NCBI GenBank assembly: GCA_910586035.1
Contig: CAJUHT010000005.1
Span: 18,818-82,817 of the forward strand
Direction: 5' to 3'
From: an uncultured Christensenella sp.
GTDB taxonomy: Bacteria; Bacillota; Clostridia; Christensenellales; Borkfalkiaceae
DNA: 64,000 nucleotides
The notes beneath the pieces are model-generated. The model saw nothing but the letters and a program-made list of their open reading frames with translations. It was not told the origin of the DNA and did not search any database. Both the position numbers and the translations under genes were made by a program. How positions within the stretch are numbered: position 1 is the first letter of the stretch; each line of letters begins with the position of its first letter. Positions 26,801 to 35,983 of the stretch are shown here, one piece after another.

Positions 26801-28355
26801 GCAGAACGAGAGCATAGAGCTTCTGCTCGAAGGCATAGGCACGGACGGCTACGGACACGCCGTAATTTCCTACACGGGCGGGCAGGTTGTCAGCCTCGAC
26901 GCGCAGTACGACGTATTTGCGGACGGCGACGTCAAGATAATGAGAATATACGTAGAGGACCAGCAGTACGGCGAGCTTGAATATAACGCCGCAACAAAGA
27001 CTGCTTCGGGCGTCTTCTACTCGGTATTGGAAAGCAAATACTACGCTTCCGCTAAGTTCTATCTGTACGATAACTTCAAGGGCGTATGGGTAAGCAACAC
27101 AGAGGATATAGACACTGCTTCGTTCAACGGTAAATCGGCGGACGGCACCGGAGAAGTTATGATTCGTTCGGCAAGCGGCAAGACTTCGAGGGTGAACTAC
27201 TCGCTTTCCAACGCTACCTCCGGCACAATGACGGTAGGCGAAAAGGCTTACGCAATTTCCTTTGACGAATTTACGGGCAGAGTTACTTTGACTCTCACTG
27301 GCGAAACTATTTCCACGGAAGAGCTTGCCGAGCGCGACGGCTGGTACGGCGTGGTGCTCTATGACGGCGAAACGTCATATACTTTCGACGGAAAGGGATA
27401 TATCGGCGGTACCGTAACGGTATCCGACGGAACGACTTTAAGTTACACCGTTTCCGAAGGCAGGGTAACGGTAGACGGCAAAGAGCTTACGGCGGAAGCG
27501 GACGGGTTCGGCTATAACGGCAAAAAGCTTGTATTTAAGACGGGCTTTGCAAACAGCTGGCTTGTTTCCGGCACGGATAAGGTGCTTACGATTAAAGAAG
27601 TAAACAGCAGTTTCAAGGCGGAAGTAAGCTGTACGGGCGTAGAGGGCGCATTCGAGTTTGTTTACTCGCCTGCGGATAAGACGCTTACGCTTACGGAAAT
27701 ATTGTCCAACGGCGAAAGAATAATAACCACCGTCAAGCTTATGGGTACGACGGGCTCCGACGAGATGAATATAACGAGAAGCGGCGCCGACGGCGTAAAC
27801 GTGCGCTATAACTGCCTTGTAAGCGGTAAAGAAGATGAGTGGCGCGGCACGTATACCGCAAAGGACGGTTCGAGTTGGACGTTCGACGGGCTCGGACTGT
27901 GCAAGTACGGCAAGGGCACGGCTACGTTTACCACGGCGGACGGAGATAAGATAAAGTACAACTACACGGTAGACGAGTTGGGCACGCCCTATATCGGCGT
28001 TCGTCAGGACGGAGATATGGAAAAACTCAACGTGCTTTTCCTCCCTGCGGGCAGTGGAGAGAGCGGCTTTGAAAAGGACGGCGTTGCCTATAAAACGGCT
28101 TCTCCCGACTACTATTACGGGCGCAAAGTTTACGTTTTGGACGACGACAAGAACAGAACGTGGTACTACTTTGACGGATTCGGCAAATTGTGGGTGCAGA
28201 ACGAAACGGGTTACTCCGTTGCCTACGATTATAAGATTGTTTCCAACACGGTTGTAGAGCTTACTTCCAAAGCGGACGGAAAGGTTTACGACGGTTCTTT
28301 GAGGGAAACGGGCTTGTATATCAAACTTACAATAAAGGCGCGCGAACAGGCGTAA
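23886..28355 (+). CDS. Giant surface lipoprotein with GLUG-motif repeats
   Basis: 1489 aa. Lipobox GAAA|C. FCGTFDGNNKTIRNFYI is followed by five GG(L/I)VG repeats (VGSLVGYG, MGGLVGRM, AGGIVGYL, TGGIVGTM, AGGIVGYA; nt ~24990-25520), the GLUG motif pattern. The C-terminal ~800 aa are beta-rich modules with recurring F-D-G-x-G turns. Confidence 0.75.
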   Translation: MNKFKKILIGLITAAGISCLCGAAACTGGSAPKFYELKFEGKGLDYIMLGTLAETDEDGNQFISGGTVKDGVEVRFSITLAANSTGAPVISANGETLTPDENNEYSFIMKSDTVVSVSGLGSIYDLKLCRTEQVPDANGNNYEEERWISYLDENGNGFGSDVLVEDVVKVESGTPFKFKLQVSPYYTPQYTVSCGFDVLEPDANGVYTINNLTQNSEVRVTGLEQAPSFVTGRKDCGSGTASDPYLLSQPIDMFYFAVLINSPTLSSYYATAHYKLVEDIDMQGEHLYVIGDGSNDAMFCGTFDGNNKTIRNFYITDEVVDQESYEEAYLPYVGLFGQAVATVNAPVVIKNLTLEDYVVKAHPGAAGAGAYVGSLVGYGIGVQITGCRAVGEVVVTNDDNQIVNMGGLVGRMQAAYRADSRATITWDAFVTASSTDVELSGNGTPHSAGGIVGYLSAADISAIAYVSNSCSSGRTSGAMRTGGIVGTMGRFASVSNCYSVSQVSSNNSINIPNLTEQFKGSYAGGIVGYAEEDTVIAGCYAANASLTAYCVRNDERYKKTGDFAAYYDKAGTSSIESSAVLLINNSQAVENHPNEVFLGLGWQQNEWNFDGKLPRPVVSSAERTVKVTVKDGAKTVETVTKNIVDARPFYTWFEDGVLSEYITASGKRSGGYFFDEALTQRVPYGYILTNSEVTLYVGFADYGEVEGTYYIRPTEYSKGAYIELTADGTAKLRNGGMYFECVYAYDGEKITLYNTNLVSLLHDTEAVDGRYFNLVGTINDGLFEINGIAMLLQVDGENASYVNTKIELAASKEIEGFGYGEYRAANGMTYMFDKDGTGWFKTGTRTTEFTYKQAGESWAIAPAGGGTIPMTVVGGQVTAISGTAVTLKDGFTGVWSKSANSQVTFSFDGLGGVTYVNGGATVTGTYQVTDGEAEISVDGKTLKAAFSNGTLVIDGEVYYVNDGFTGEWYMSAQNESIELLLEGIGTDGYGHAVISYTGGQVVSLDAQYDVFADGDVKIMRIYVEDQQYGELEYNAATKTASGVFYSVLESKYYASAKFYLYDNFKGVWVSNTEDIDTASFNGKSADGTGEVMIRSASGKTSRVNYSLSNATSGTMTVGEKAYAISFDEFTGRVTLTLTGETISTEELAERDGWYGVVLYDGETSYTFDGKGYIGGTVTVSDGTTLSYTVSEGRVTVDGKELTAEADGFGYNGKKLVFKTGFANSWLVSGTDKVLTIKEVNSSFKAEVSCTGVEGAFEFVYSPADKTLTLTEILSNGERIITTVKLMGTTGSDEMNITRSGADGVNVRYNCLVSGKEDEWRGTYTAKDGSSWTFDGLGLCKYGKGTATFTTADGDKIKYNYTVDELGTPYIGVRQDGDMEKLNVLFLPAGSGESGFEKDGVAYKTASPDYYYGRKVYVLDDDKNRTWYYFDGFGKLWVQNETGYSVAYDYKIVSNTVVELTSKADGKVYDGSLRETGLYIKLTIKAREQA

Positions 28356-28435
28356 ATTTCGCGTAACGCTTTCATACTTTCGTATAGCGCCCGTTTTCTT
28401 TAAGCGGACGGCGGGCGCGGAGGATTCTATTTGCA

Positions 28436-31400
28436 ATGAAATCAGTAAACAACAAAAATTTACGCCGCAGGGCGGCTTGTATAGCGCTTTCCGCAGTTAT
28501 GACGGCAACGTTTGCGGCGGGGCAGATTCTGGCGTTTGCCGACGGGGGCAACGGCGGCTCGCAATTGCCGTCCGATACCCACAGTCTGGCGTTTGAAAAC
28601 ATAAACGGCAAAGTCGACCTAACTCAAATCAAACTCAGCAATCTCAACTCGCAGGCGTTTAAAAACGAGGGCGCAGAAACGGTCGGCGACCTCACCCGCA
28701 CGGCAATAGTTACCTTGCAGGGCAAGCCTCTCTCCGAGGACGGCGACGGGAACGCGATTGAAGCCGAGCAGAAAAAGTTTTTGACTTCCCTTAAAAAAGC
28801 GGGGGTTGAATATAAGTTAAGAAGCAGTTATACCACCATAGCCAACGCAGTGGCGGTAGACGTAAAACTTTCTTCCCTCAACGCAATAAAGGGTTTAAAC
28901 GGCGTTTCCACGGTTACGGTGGGCTCTACGTATTCGCACCCCAAGGAAGCCGAGGGCGGAAGCGGCGGACTTATAAATTACAGCAATATTTACGAAAACG
29001 GTATTTACGATTCCGACAAGTACGTTCAGCAGGGTAAAAACGGCGCGGGAATGACCGTAGCCGTCCTTGATACGGGGCTCGATTACACTCACGAGGCGTT
29101 CAGCGCAAGCCAGCTTGAAGAGGATTCCGCCCTTGCCTACACTTACGACGATTTGCAGGAAAAAATGTCGGAAGTGGAGTTCAGGGCTACGAGCAGGATA
29201 GGCGCTACCGCCGCCGACGTATACGTAAGCAACAAAGTGCCCTTTGCGTTCGACTATGCCGACAGCGACGCCGACGTGTATCCTTCCTATTCCCAGCACG
29301 GCACCCACGTTGCGGGCATTGTTGCGGGTAAGGCGGACGGCTATACCGATAAAGAGGGCAACGAGGCGGTAGACAAGGAAGGAAACAAACTCAAATTCCG
29401 CGGCGTAGCGCCCGAAGCCCAGCTTGTTATATGTAAGGTATTCACCGACAATCTCGACGACGAGGGGCTCGGCGGCGCGGAAGCCGTCGATATTCTCGAC
29501 GCGCTCGAAGACTGTTACAATTTGAACGTAGACGTAATAAATATGTCGCTCGGCACGAGCGCGGGCTTCTCCGCAAAGGCGTTGGGACTTACCGACGCGG
29601 ACGAAGAGGGCGCGCTTATGAAGAGCATTTACGAGCGCATAAGGGCAAAGGGTATTTCCCTTATGGTTGCGGCGAGCAACGACTACTCCGCAGGCTACGG
29701 AAGCGCTTTTGGTACAAACCTCACCTCCAACCCCGATTCGGGTACGGTAGGCTCGCCCTCGACCTTTACGGGCGCGGTATCCGTTGCCAGCGTAAACGGT
29801 CAGTACGCTTCCTATCTTGTGGCTAACAAGGACACGTCTTACAGCACGCCAATCTATTACGAAGAATCGCGCAACGAGGACTCGGACGCATACAACTTTA
29901 TAAACGACCTTTTGGGCGAAAACGACCCCAAAAAGCCCGGATACAACCCCAACTTCAAAAACAGCGGTACGTTTAAGTATGTTGTTATAAGGGGCTCGGG
30001 CGAACCGGGTAACTATACTACTGCGATAAAGAATGAGCTTACCAACAAGGGCGAAAACGAAAAAGTTATAGCCGTGGTGCGCAGGGGCGGCACAACTTTT
30101 AAAGAAAAACTCGAAACGGCGAAAGCCAACGGCGCCGACGCGGTAATTGTTTACAACAACGTTTCCGGTATGATTAGAATGTCGCTCGGCGATATGGAAA
30201 CGCACATTCCCGCAATTTCCATTTCGCTCGAAGAGGGATTAAAACTCGTAGGCTCCGGCTCCAACCTCATTTCCAAGGGAACGATTACTCTGGACAGGTC
30301 CTATCTTGCCGGTCCGTTTATGAACGACTATTCCTCCTGGGGCTCCACGCCCGACTTAAAGCTTAAACCCGACGTTACTTCCCACGGCGGCGAAATAACT
30401 TCGGCGGTAGCGGGCGGTTACGAGGAAATGAGCGGTACCTCTATGGCTTGCCCCAACCTCGCGGGCTTTACCGCGCTGTTGAGGGGATACCTTAAAACCG
30501 ACAGGGCGGAGCTGTGGAATAACGACGCGGTTGCGCTTACAAAGCTTACCAACAATATATTGATGAGTACGGCGACGACCGTATACGACCAGAACTCTTT
30601 GCCCTATTCGCCCAGAAAACAGGGCGCGGGGCTTGCCACTCTCGAAAACGTTTTCAATACCAACGCATATCTGTACACCAAGGATACGGACGACGTAAAG
30701 GACGCGGACAGAATGTGCGAGGACGGCAGACCTAAGGCGGAGCTGGGCGACGACCCCGCAAAGAAGGGCGAGTACAGAATAAAGTTTTACGTTAAAAACT
30801 TTGGAAGCGCTCAGCTTGAATTTACTACGAACAGCATATTTATGACCGAATCGGTTGGCGCGGACGGCAAATCGGTTGCCGAAAAGGCGCACCTGTTCGC
30901 AAAGAGCGACGCAAGCTGGAAATATAACGGCAAGGCGGTTGCGGAGGGCGGCAAAATTACGGTTGCCGCGGGCGCAACGGGCGAAATAGAAGTAAATTTA
31001 AAACTTTCGGCAGACGAAAAGAAATATTTAAACGACAACTTTAAAAACGGTATGTTTATCGAAGGCTTCCTTCAACTTAAAGGAAGCGGCGCGCAGTGCG
31101 ACTTAAATCTTCCCTTTATGGGCTTCTACGGCAATTGGAAAGACGCGCCTATGATGGACCTCACCTGCTTCGACGTGGCGGAGGACGCAAAAAACACCGC
31201 GCTTAAAGACGAAGAAAGGCGTCAGCCCGGCGTTTGGGCTACGCAGGCGTACGGCTATTACGCAAACGAGCAATACTCCGTACCCCTCGGCTCCTTCGTT
31301 TACGTTCAGGACGAAGCAAAGGAACACACCTCCGATTATATATACGTTGAAGAGGAACATATTGCCGTATCCCGCAACTTCGGCGAGTATTACGGCGACA

Positions 31401-34400
31401 ACAGCCCCGAAAACTATCTTACCACTTCGGGCATAAGGGCGCTGTACGCGGGACTGTTGCGCAATGCGGAAATAGTAACCTACACGCTTACAAACGTTGA
31501 TACGGGCGAGGTCGTGCCCGATGAAAACGGCAATGCCGTAAGGGAAGTATACAGGGTTGGCAAGGCGTACGCCGCAGGCGGCAGCTCGGTACCCGCGCAG
31601 GTGCTTTTAGAGCTTAAAACGGACGAGCTGGGGCTTGCCGCAAACGGCAAATACAGGCTTGATTTTACCTTCTATTACGACTATAACGACTACGTAAACG
31701 GCACGTTTACCGACGAAAACGGCGAAACTTACGGCATTTACAAGGATAACACCTTCTCGATGAATTTCTACATCGACTACGAGGCGCCCATTCTTTTAGA
31801 CAGCCGCATAAGGTTCAACGACAGAAAGGATGAAAATGGAAAGGAATATCAGGAAGTTTATCTTGACCTCGATATATTTGACAACCATTATCCGCAGGCG
31901 GTAATTCTTTGCTATTCCGACGGAAAGCAGGGCGAGGACGCGGAAGTCAGCTCTATAAAGCTTGCAACCGAGTATATAATACCCGTGCTCAATCCCAAGA
32001 AGAACGCAACCAATACCGTATCGATTGATATAACCGAGTTCTACGACGAGTACAAAAACGGGTTGTTCGTTGAGATTGACGACTACGCGCTCAACAACAA
32101 TATGTATTATATCAACCTCGACTACTCCAAGAGGCAGACGGTCTGCCCCGAAGATTTCAAGGTAACGTACGAAGGGAAGGAAATAAGCGCCCTTACCTTG
32201 CAGAAAAACGAGGCAGTTAAGCTTTCGGTAAACAATCTCGGCAACGCAAACCTTTCCAACTTCGGCTGGGAAACGGACGACGCAAGCAAGGCAATCGTTA
32301 AAAACGGAGAAGTTTTCGGCGTGGGCGTTGGCACAACCTACCTTACCGTAAAGGGCGGTTCCAACTCCAAGACGCAGAGAATTAAGATTGAAGTTACCGA
32401 CGGCGATAAAAAACTCGGCACGCCAAACGTTACGTTCGGCACGATGATAAACTACAACGACGTGCCCGTGGAGGCTTCGGGCATAGTCAGGGTCAACTCG
32501 GCGCAGAAGTTCCAGCTCAGCCTTGTAGCCGACCCTTGGTATTATCCTATAAACAATCTCAAATTCAATTGGTCGTCCTCCGACGAGAATATAGCGACCG
32601 TTGACCAGCAGGGCAACGTGGTAGTGCTTTACGAGGGCGAGCAGACTAAAAACGTAACTATAACGGCAGTATCGGAGGAATTCCCCTCCTGCAATGCGGA
32701 AGTAGTGCTTTCCGTAAGGGACCCGTTCACGGTTTCCAACGGCACGCTTACAAGATACCGCGGCTGGGGCGGCGAGCTCAACGACGACGGCGTCCGCGTT
32801 CTCACCATTCCCAACGACAAAGCCATCAGGGTAATAGGCGAAGAGGCGTTTAAGGACAACGAAAACGTTGAAATAGTCATAATTCCCAAATCGGTTACAA
32901 ACATTTCGGAAAGGGCTTTCAAGGACTGCAAAAATCTTAAAAAGATTTGCTTTATATCCGAAGAGGCAAAAGCCATACCCGATTCTTCGCTGAACATCAT
33001 AGAACGCAACGCGTTCGTCGGCTGTACTTCGCTTACTACGGTTGATTTATCCAACTGTAAGGTAATCACGCTCGATAGGGAAGTGTTTACCGACTGCACT
33101 TCGCTTAAAGAAGTAATTAAGCTGACCGCGGCAGGCACTATTTATCCCGACGCGTTTAAAAACTGCGTTTCGCTCGAAAGCGCGGATATATCCAAGCTTC
33201 ACGTTGCGGGTGCGGGCTTATTCAGCGGCTGTACTTCTCTTAAAACGGTAACGATAAGCGCGGAAACGGCAATGAGCGCCAATATGTTCGCAGGTTGCAC
33301 CTCGCTCGAAGAGGTTGTAATCAACTGCGATACCGTGCCCGCTTCGGCTTTCAACGGCTGTTCGGGTCTTAAAAAGGTAACGCTCAACGCCCGCAATACT
33401 ACAATCGGCGCGCACGCGTTCGAAAACTGCTTTATGCTGACCGACGTCGTTATGAACGGCAACGTAACCCGCGTAGGCGACTATGCTTTCGGAACGTGCA
33501 TAAGCTTAAATAGCGCGCCCTTCACTTCGGGCAACTTCACGGCGGAGCTTGGCGAAAACGTGTTCGACGGCGTTACCTCTATGGGCAACGGCTTGGTCAA
33601 GGGCGGCACTTTGTATCTTGCTCCTGCGGAAATTACTACTTCGTTCAATTTAAACGGTATAACGGCTATCGCGCCGTACGCATTCTCGGGAAGCAGATTA
33701 AACGGAGTAACTTCGCTCGATTTAAGCGAAGTAACTTCCATAGGCAAAGGAGCGTTCAGCAACCTTGCGGAGCTGGTTTCGGTAACTCTTCCCGCAGGAA
33801 TAACGGAAATACCCGCCGAGCTGTTTGACGGTTGCACTTCGTTGACTTCGGTAACCGTACCCGCGGGCGTAACCAAGATAGGCGCCAACGCGTTTAAAAA
33901 TTGCTCGTCGCTTGCACAGGTAACCTATGCGGGCACGGCGGTTAAAGAAATCGGCGCAAGCGCTTTCGAGGGCACCGCTTTGACGGCGGCTGATGTTCCC
34001 GCTTCGGTGGAAGTAATCGGCGACAGAGCTTTCGCCCGCTGTGCAAATCTTGTAAGCGCGGATATTCCCGCGGTCAAGAAGATGGGACAAATGGTATTCG
34101 CTTACTGCCCCGCATTGACCACCGCCGTATTCGGCGACCTTGCGGAAGCAACGGGCGCGTTCACGTTCTATTGCTATAACGGACCTAACACCACGCCCGA
34201 CAGCTCGCTTACTTCGGTAACGCTGGGCGACGGAATTAAGAGCATAGGGGAGTACGCCTTTGCATACTGCATCAAGCTTACCTCCGTAGATTTGAACAAA
34301 GTTACTACTATAAGCGAAAGCGCGTTCTTCGACTGTGAAAAACTTGCCACGGCAAAGGGGCTTGAAAAAGTTGCCGTAATCGGCGACAACGCTTTTGCCT

Positions 34401-35983
34401 ATACGGCGCTTACGTCGGTAGACCTCGCGGCGGCGCGTTCGGTATATTTCCGCGCGTTCTTCGGTTGCGTATCGCTCGAAAGCGTTAAGCTGTACGAAGG
34501 GCTTGAAGGTATCGGCGACGAAGCTTTTGCCGAAGCCAAGCTTTCGGAAATATTAGTACCCGCAAGTTGCGAGTACGTTGGCAGGGGCGCTTTCAGCGGC
34601 AACCTTGCGCTCAGCGAGATAGAGGTAGCGGCGGAAAACAACGCTTATTTCAGCGACGAAGGCGTTCTGTACAGATATATAGACAAAGCCGACGGCGTGT
34701 ACGAGTTGAGCTACTACCCCGCGGGCAAGCGCGTTCCCAGAGTGGACAACGCTTACACCTACACGGTAAAGGAAGGCACGGCTACCATAGCCGCATATGC
34801 GTTCTACTACTCGGCAAAGAAGGCGCCTAAGGAAAGGCTTACGCGCGTAATTCTTCCCTACACCTTAAAGACGATTGGCGACGGCGCATTCCTTACGAGC
34901 GGCGTAAAGGTATTCAGGTTTGAAAGTATTTCCGCGCCCGTGCTGTTGGAAAACATCAGGGATAGAGTTATAAATAAGGGCAACTACTCGGCAAACTCTT
35001 TCTTCTACAACAACTTCGGCGAGTATCTCGCCGACCACGTTTCGCGCTTCCCCGGCGACTCGGGCGATAACGTAGGCAACAAGAGTACGCTTACAATCGA
35101 GTATCCTGCAAACGGAACGGGTTACGATAACTTTGTTTACGCTAACTATTTCGGCACGAAGACGGTGCTTAAAGAGATGCCCGAGGACAATTCAAGAACG
35201 TTGAAAGCGATGCTCGAAGAGATGGCTCCGGCGGAGAAAGTAAGCACTTGGAACAAGGACAATACAAATTTAGAAGACGTTAAAGATTTTGCCGAAAAGG
35301 TAAAGCAGGCGCATATCCTCTACAACGGATTAAAGACGGACGAACAGAAAAACTTCGTCGGCGCGGAAAACATTGAAAAACTGTTTGCTGTTGAAGCGGC
35401 GTTAAAGCCCGTAAAAGAGCTGTTCGGCATCAAGACTTACGTCAGCGAAGTTTCCGTTGCTCAGGACTCCGCGCACAGAACGCAGTATACGGTAGGCGAA
35501 AAGTTCTCGCTTGCGGGGCTTAAAGTGCTTGTAACTTACGACGACTACTCACAGTCCGTAATAGACGCTTCCGGCGCGTTTAAGCTTGCCGAAAGGTTTG
35601 ACAGAGAGCTGAGGGCAAGCGACACTTCCGTCAATCTGGAAGGTATAGGCGAATACGACGGCAAGATTTTAAGGGTATCCGTAACCGTAACCGAAAAGGG
35701 CGGCGCAGACGATACGCAGGACGGCGGTAAAGGAATTTCCACTGGCGCGCTTGCCGCGCTGATAGCCGTAGGTGGCGTTGCCGTGCTTGCAATAGCGGCG
35801 GTTGCCGTGGTGCTCGTCCTCGTAAAGAAAGGCAAAATATCTTTCGGCGGTAAGACGGAAGTGAGCGACGGCGGCGACGGAGAAATACGGACGGAAGAAA
35901 CCGCGGAGGACGCAACCGAAGACGGGGAAGCGCCCGAACAGGAAAATCAAGAAAACGGCGGAGAAGATAAAACCGATGACTAA
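28436..35983 (+). CDS. Cell-envelope S8 subtilase (PA-domain, lactocepin/C5a-peptidase-like) fused to Ig-like domains, ~700 aa of BspA-type leucine-rich repeats and a C-terminal TM anchor
   Basis: 2515 aa. Sec signal ...QILAFA|DGG. Catalytic residues D212 (VAVLDTGLD, nt 29069), H288 (HGTHVAG, nt 29297), N415 (AASND), S669 (SGTSMACPNLAG, nt 30440). PA domain inserted between His and Ser (VIAVVRRGGTTFKEKLETAKANGADAVIVYNN). Two Big_2-like domains (~32190-32680). LRR units of the type IPKSVTNISERAFKDCKNLKKI (~32800-34930). TM GALAALIAVGGVAVLAIAAVAVVLVLV (35745-35825), then an acidic tail. Confidence 0.9.
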   Translation: MKSVNNKNLRRRAACIALSAVMTATFAAGQILAFADGGNGGSQLPSDTHSLAFENINGKVDLTQIKLSNLNSQAFKNEGAETVGDLTRTAIVTLQGKPLSEDGDGNAIEAEQKKFLTSLKKAGVEYKLRSSYTTIANAVAVDVKLSSLNAIKGLNGVSTVTVGSTYSHPKEAEGGSGGLINYSNIYENGIYDSDKYVQQGKNGAGMTVAVLDTGLDYTHEAFSASQLEEDSALAYTYDDLQEKMSEVEFRATSRIGATAADVYVSNKVPFAFDYADSDADVYPSYSQHGTHVAGIVAGKADGYTDKEGNEAVDKEGNKLKFRGVAPEAQLVICKVFTDNLDDEGLGGAEAVDILDALEDCYNLNVDVINMSLGTSAGFSAKALGLTDADEEGALMKSIYERIRAKGISLMVAASNDYSAGYGSAFGTNLTSNPDSGTVGSPSTFTGAVSVASVNGQYASYLVANKDTSYSTPIYYEESRNEDSDAYNFINDLLGENDPKKPGYNPNFKNSGTFKYVVIRGSGEPGNYTTAIKNELTNKGENEKVIAVVRRGGTTFKEKLETAKANGADAVIVYNNVSGMIRMSLGDMETHIPAISISLEEGLKLVGSGSNLISKGTITLDRSYLAGPFMNDYSSWGSTPDLKLKPDVTSHGGEITSAVAGGYEEMSGTSMACPNLAGFTALLRGYLKTDRAELWNNDAVALTKLTNNILMSTATTVYDQNSLPYSPRKQGAGLATLENVFNTNAYLYTKDTDDVKDADRMCEDGRPKAELGDDPAKKGEYRIKFYVKNFGSAQLEFTTNSIFMTESVGADGKSVAEKAHLFAKSDASWKYNGKAVAEGGKITVAAGATGEIEVNLKLSADEKKYLNDNFKNGMFIEGFLQLKGSGAQCDLNLPFMGFYGNWKDAPMMDLTCFDVAEDAKNTALKDEERRQPGVWATQAYGYYANEQYSVPLGSFVYVQDEAKEHTSDYIYVEEEHIAVSRNFGEYYGDNSPENYLTTSGIRALYAGLLRNAEIVTYTLTNVDTGEVVPDENGNAVREVYRVGKAYAAGGSSVPAQVLLELKTDELGLAANGKYRLDFTFYYDYNDYVNGTFTDENGETYGIYKDNTFSMNFYIDYEAPILLDSRIRFNDRKDENGKEYQEVYLDLDIFDNHYPQAVILCYSDGKQGEDAEVSSIKLATEYIIPVLNPKKNATNTVSIDITEFYDEYKNGLFVEIDDYALNNNMYYINLDYSKRQTVCPEDFKVTYEGKEISALTLQKNEAVKLSVNNLGNANLSNFGWETDDASKAIVKNGEVFGVGVGTTYLTVKGGSNSKTQRIKIEVTDGDKKLGTPNVTFGTMINYNDVPVEASGIVRVNSAQKFQLSLVADPWYYPINNLKFNWSSSDENIATVDQQGNVVVLYEGEQTKNVTITAVSEEFPSCNAEVVLSVRDPFTVSNGTLTRYRGWGGELNDDGVRVLTIPNDKAIRVIGEEAFKDNENVEIVIIPKSVTNISERAFKDCKNLKKICFISEEAKAIPDSSLNIIERNAFVGCTSLTTVDLSNCKVITLDREVFTDCTSLKEVIKLTAAGTIYPDAFKNCVSLESADISKLHVAGAGLFSGCTSLKTVTISAETAMSANMFAGCTSLEEVVINCDTVPASAFNGCSGLKKVTLNARNTTIGAHAFENCFMLTDVVMNGNVTRVGDYAFGTCISLNSAPFTSGNFTAELGENVFDGVTSMGNGLVKGGTLYLAPAEITTSFNLNGITAIAPYAFSGSRLNGVTSLDLSEVTSIGKGAFSNLAELVSVTLPAGITEIPAELFDGCTSLTSVTVPAGVTKIGANAFKNCSSLAQVTYAGTAVKEIGASAFEGTALTAADVPASVEVIGDRAFARCANLVSADIPAVKKMGQMVFAYCPALTTAVFGDLAEATGAFTFYCYNGPNTTPDSSLTSVTLGDGIKSIGEYAFAYCIKLTSVDLNKVTTISESAFFDCEKLATAKGLEKVAVIGDNAFAYTALTSVDLAAARSVYFRAFFGCVSLESVKLYEGLEGIGDEAFAEAKLSEILVPASCEYVGRGAFSGNLALSEIEVAAENNAYFSDEGVLYRYIDKADGVYELSYYPAGKRVPRVDNAYTYTVKEGTATIAAYAFYYSAKKAPKERLTRVILPYTLKTIGDGAFLTSGVKVFRFESISAPVLLENIRDRVINKGNYSANSFFYNNFGEYLADHVSRFPGDSGDNVGNKSTLTIEYPANGTGYDNFVYANYFGTKTVLKEMPEDNSRTLKAMLEEMAPAEKVSTWNKDNTNLEDVKDFAEKVKQAHILYNGLKTDEQKNFVGAENIEKLFAVEAALKPVKELFGIKTYVSEVSVAQDSAHRTQYTVGEKFSLAGLKVLVTYDDYSQSVIDASGAFKLAERFDRELRASDTSVNLEGIGEYDGKILRVSVTVTEKGGADDTQDGGKGISTGALAALIAVGGVAVLAIAAVAVVLVLVKKGKISFGGKTEVSDGGDGEIRTEETAEDATEDGEAPEQENQENGGEDKTDD

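Noticed and set aside
28387-28418. GC stem (GCGCCCG...CGGGCGC) between the GLUG gene and the protease gene, considered as a terminator.
   Set aside because: It has an 18-nt loop and no U-tract, and it is followed directly by the SD GGAGGA. This is insufficient to call termination. I mention it only as a possible modulator within the long unit.
28895-30205. Long antisense ORF (436 aa) opposite the subtilase catalytic domain. Similar shadow ORFs lie at 4097-4738, 5153-5713, 9009-9866, 12102-12791, 13600-14157, 22415-23191, 27438-28436, 37556-38497, 44351-45247, 49269-50015, 50762-51589 and 61007-61843.
   Set aside because: All lie opposite genes with unambiguous family motifs. Their translations are R/V/F/H/Y/G-rich with no signal, TM or catalytic motifs. 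They lack SD sequences. This is typical of antisense frames in moderately GC-rich coding DNA.
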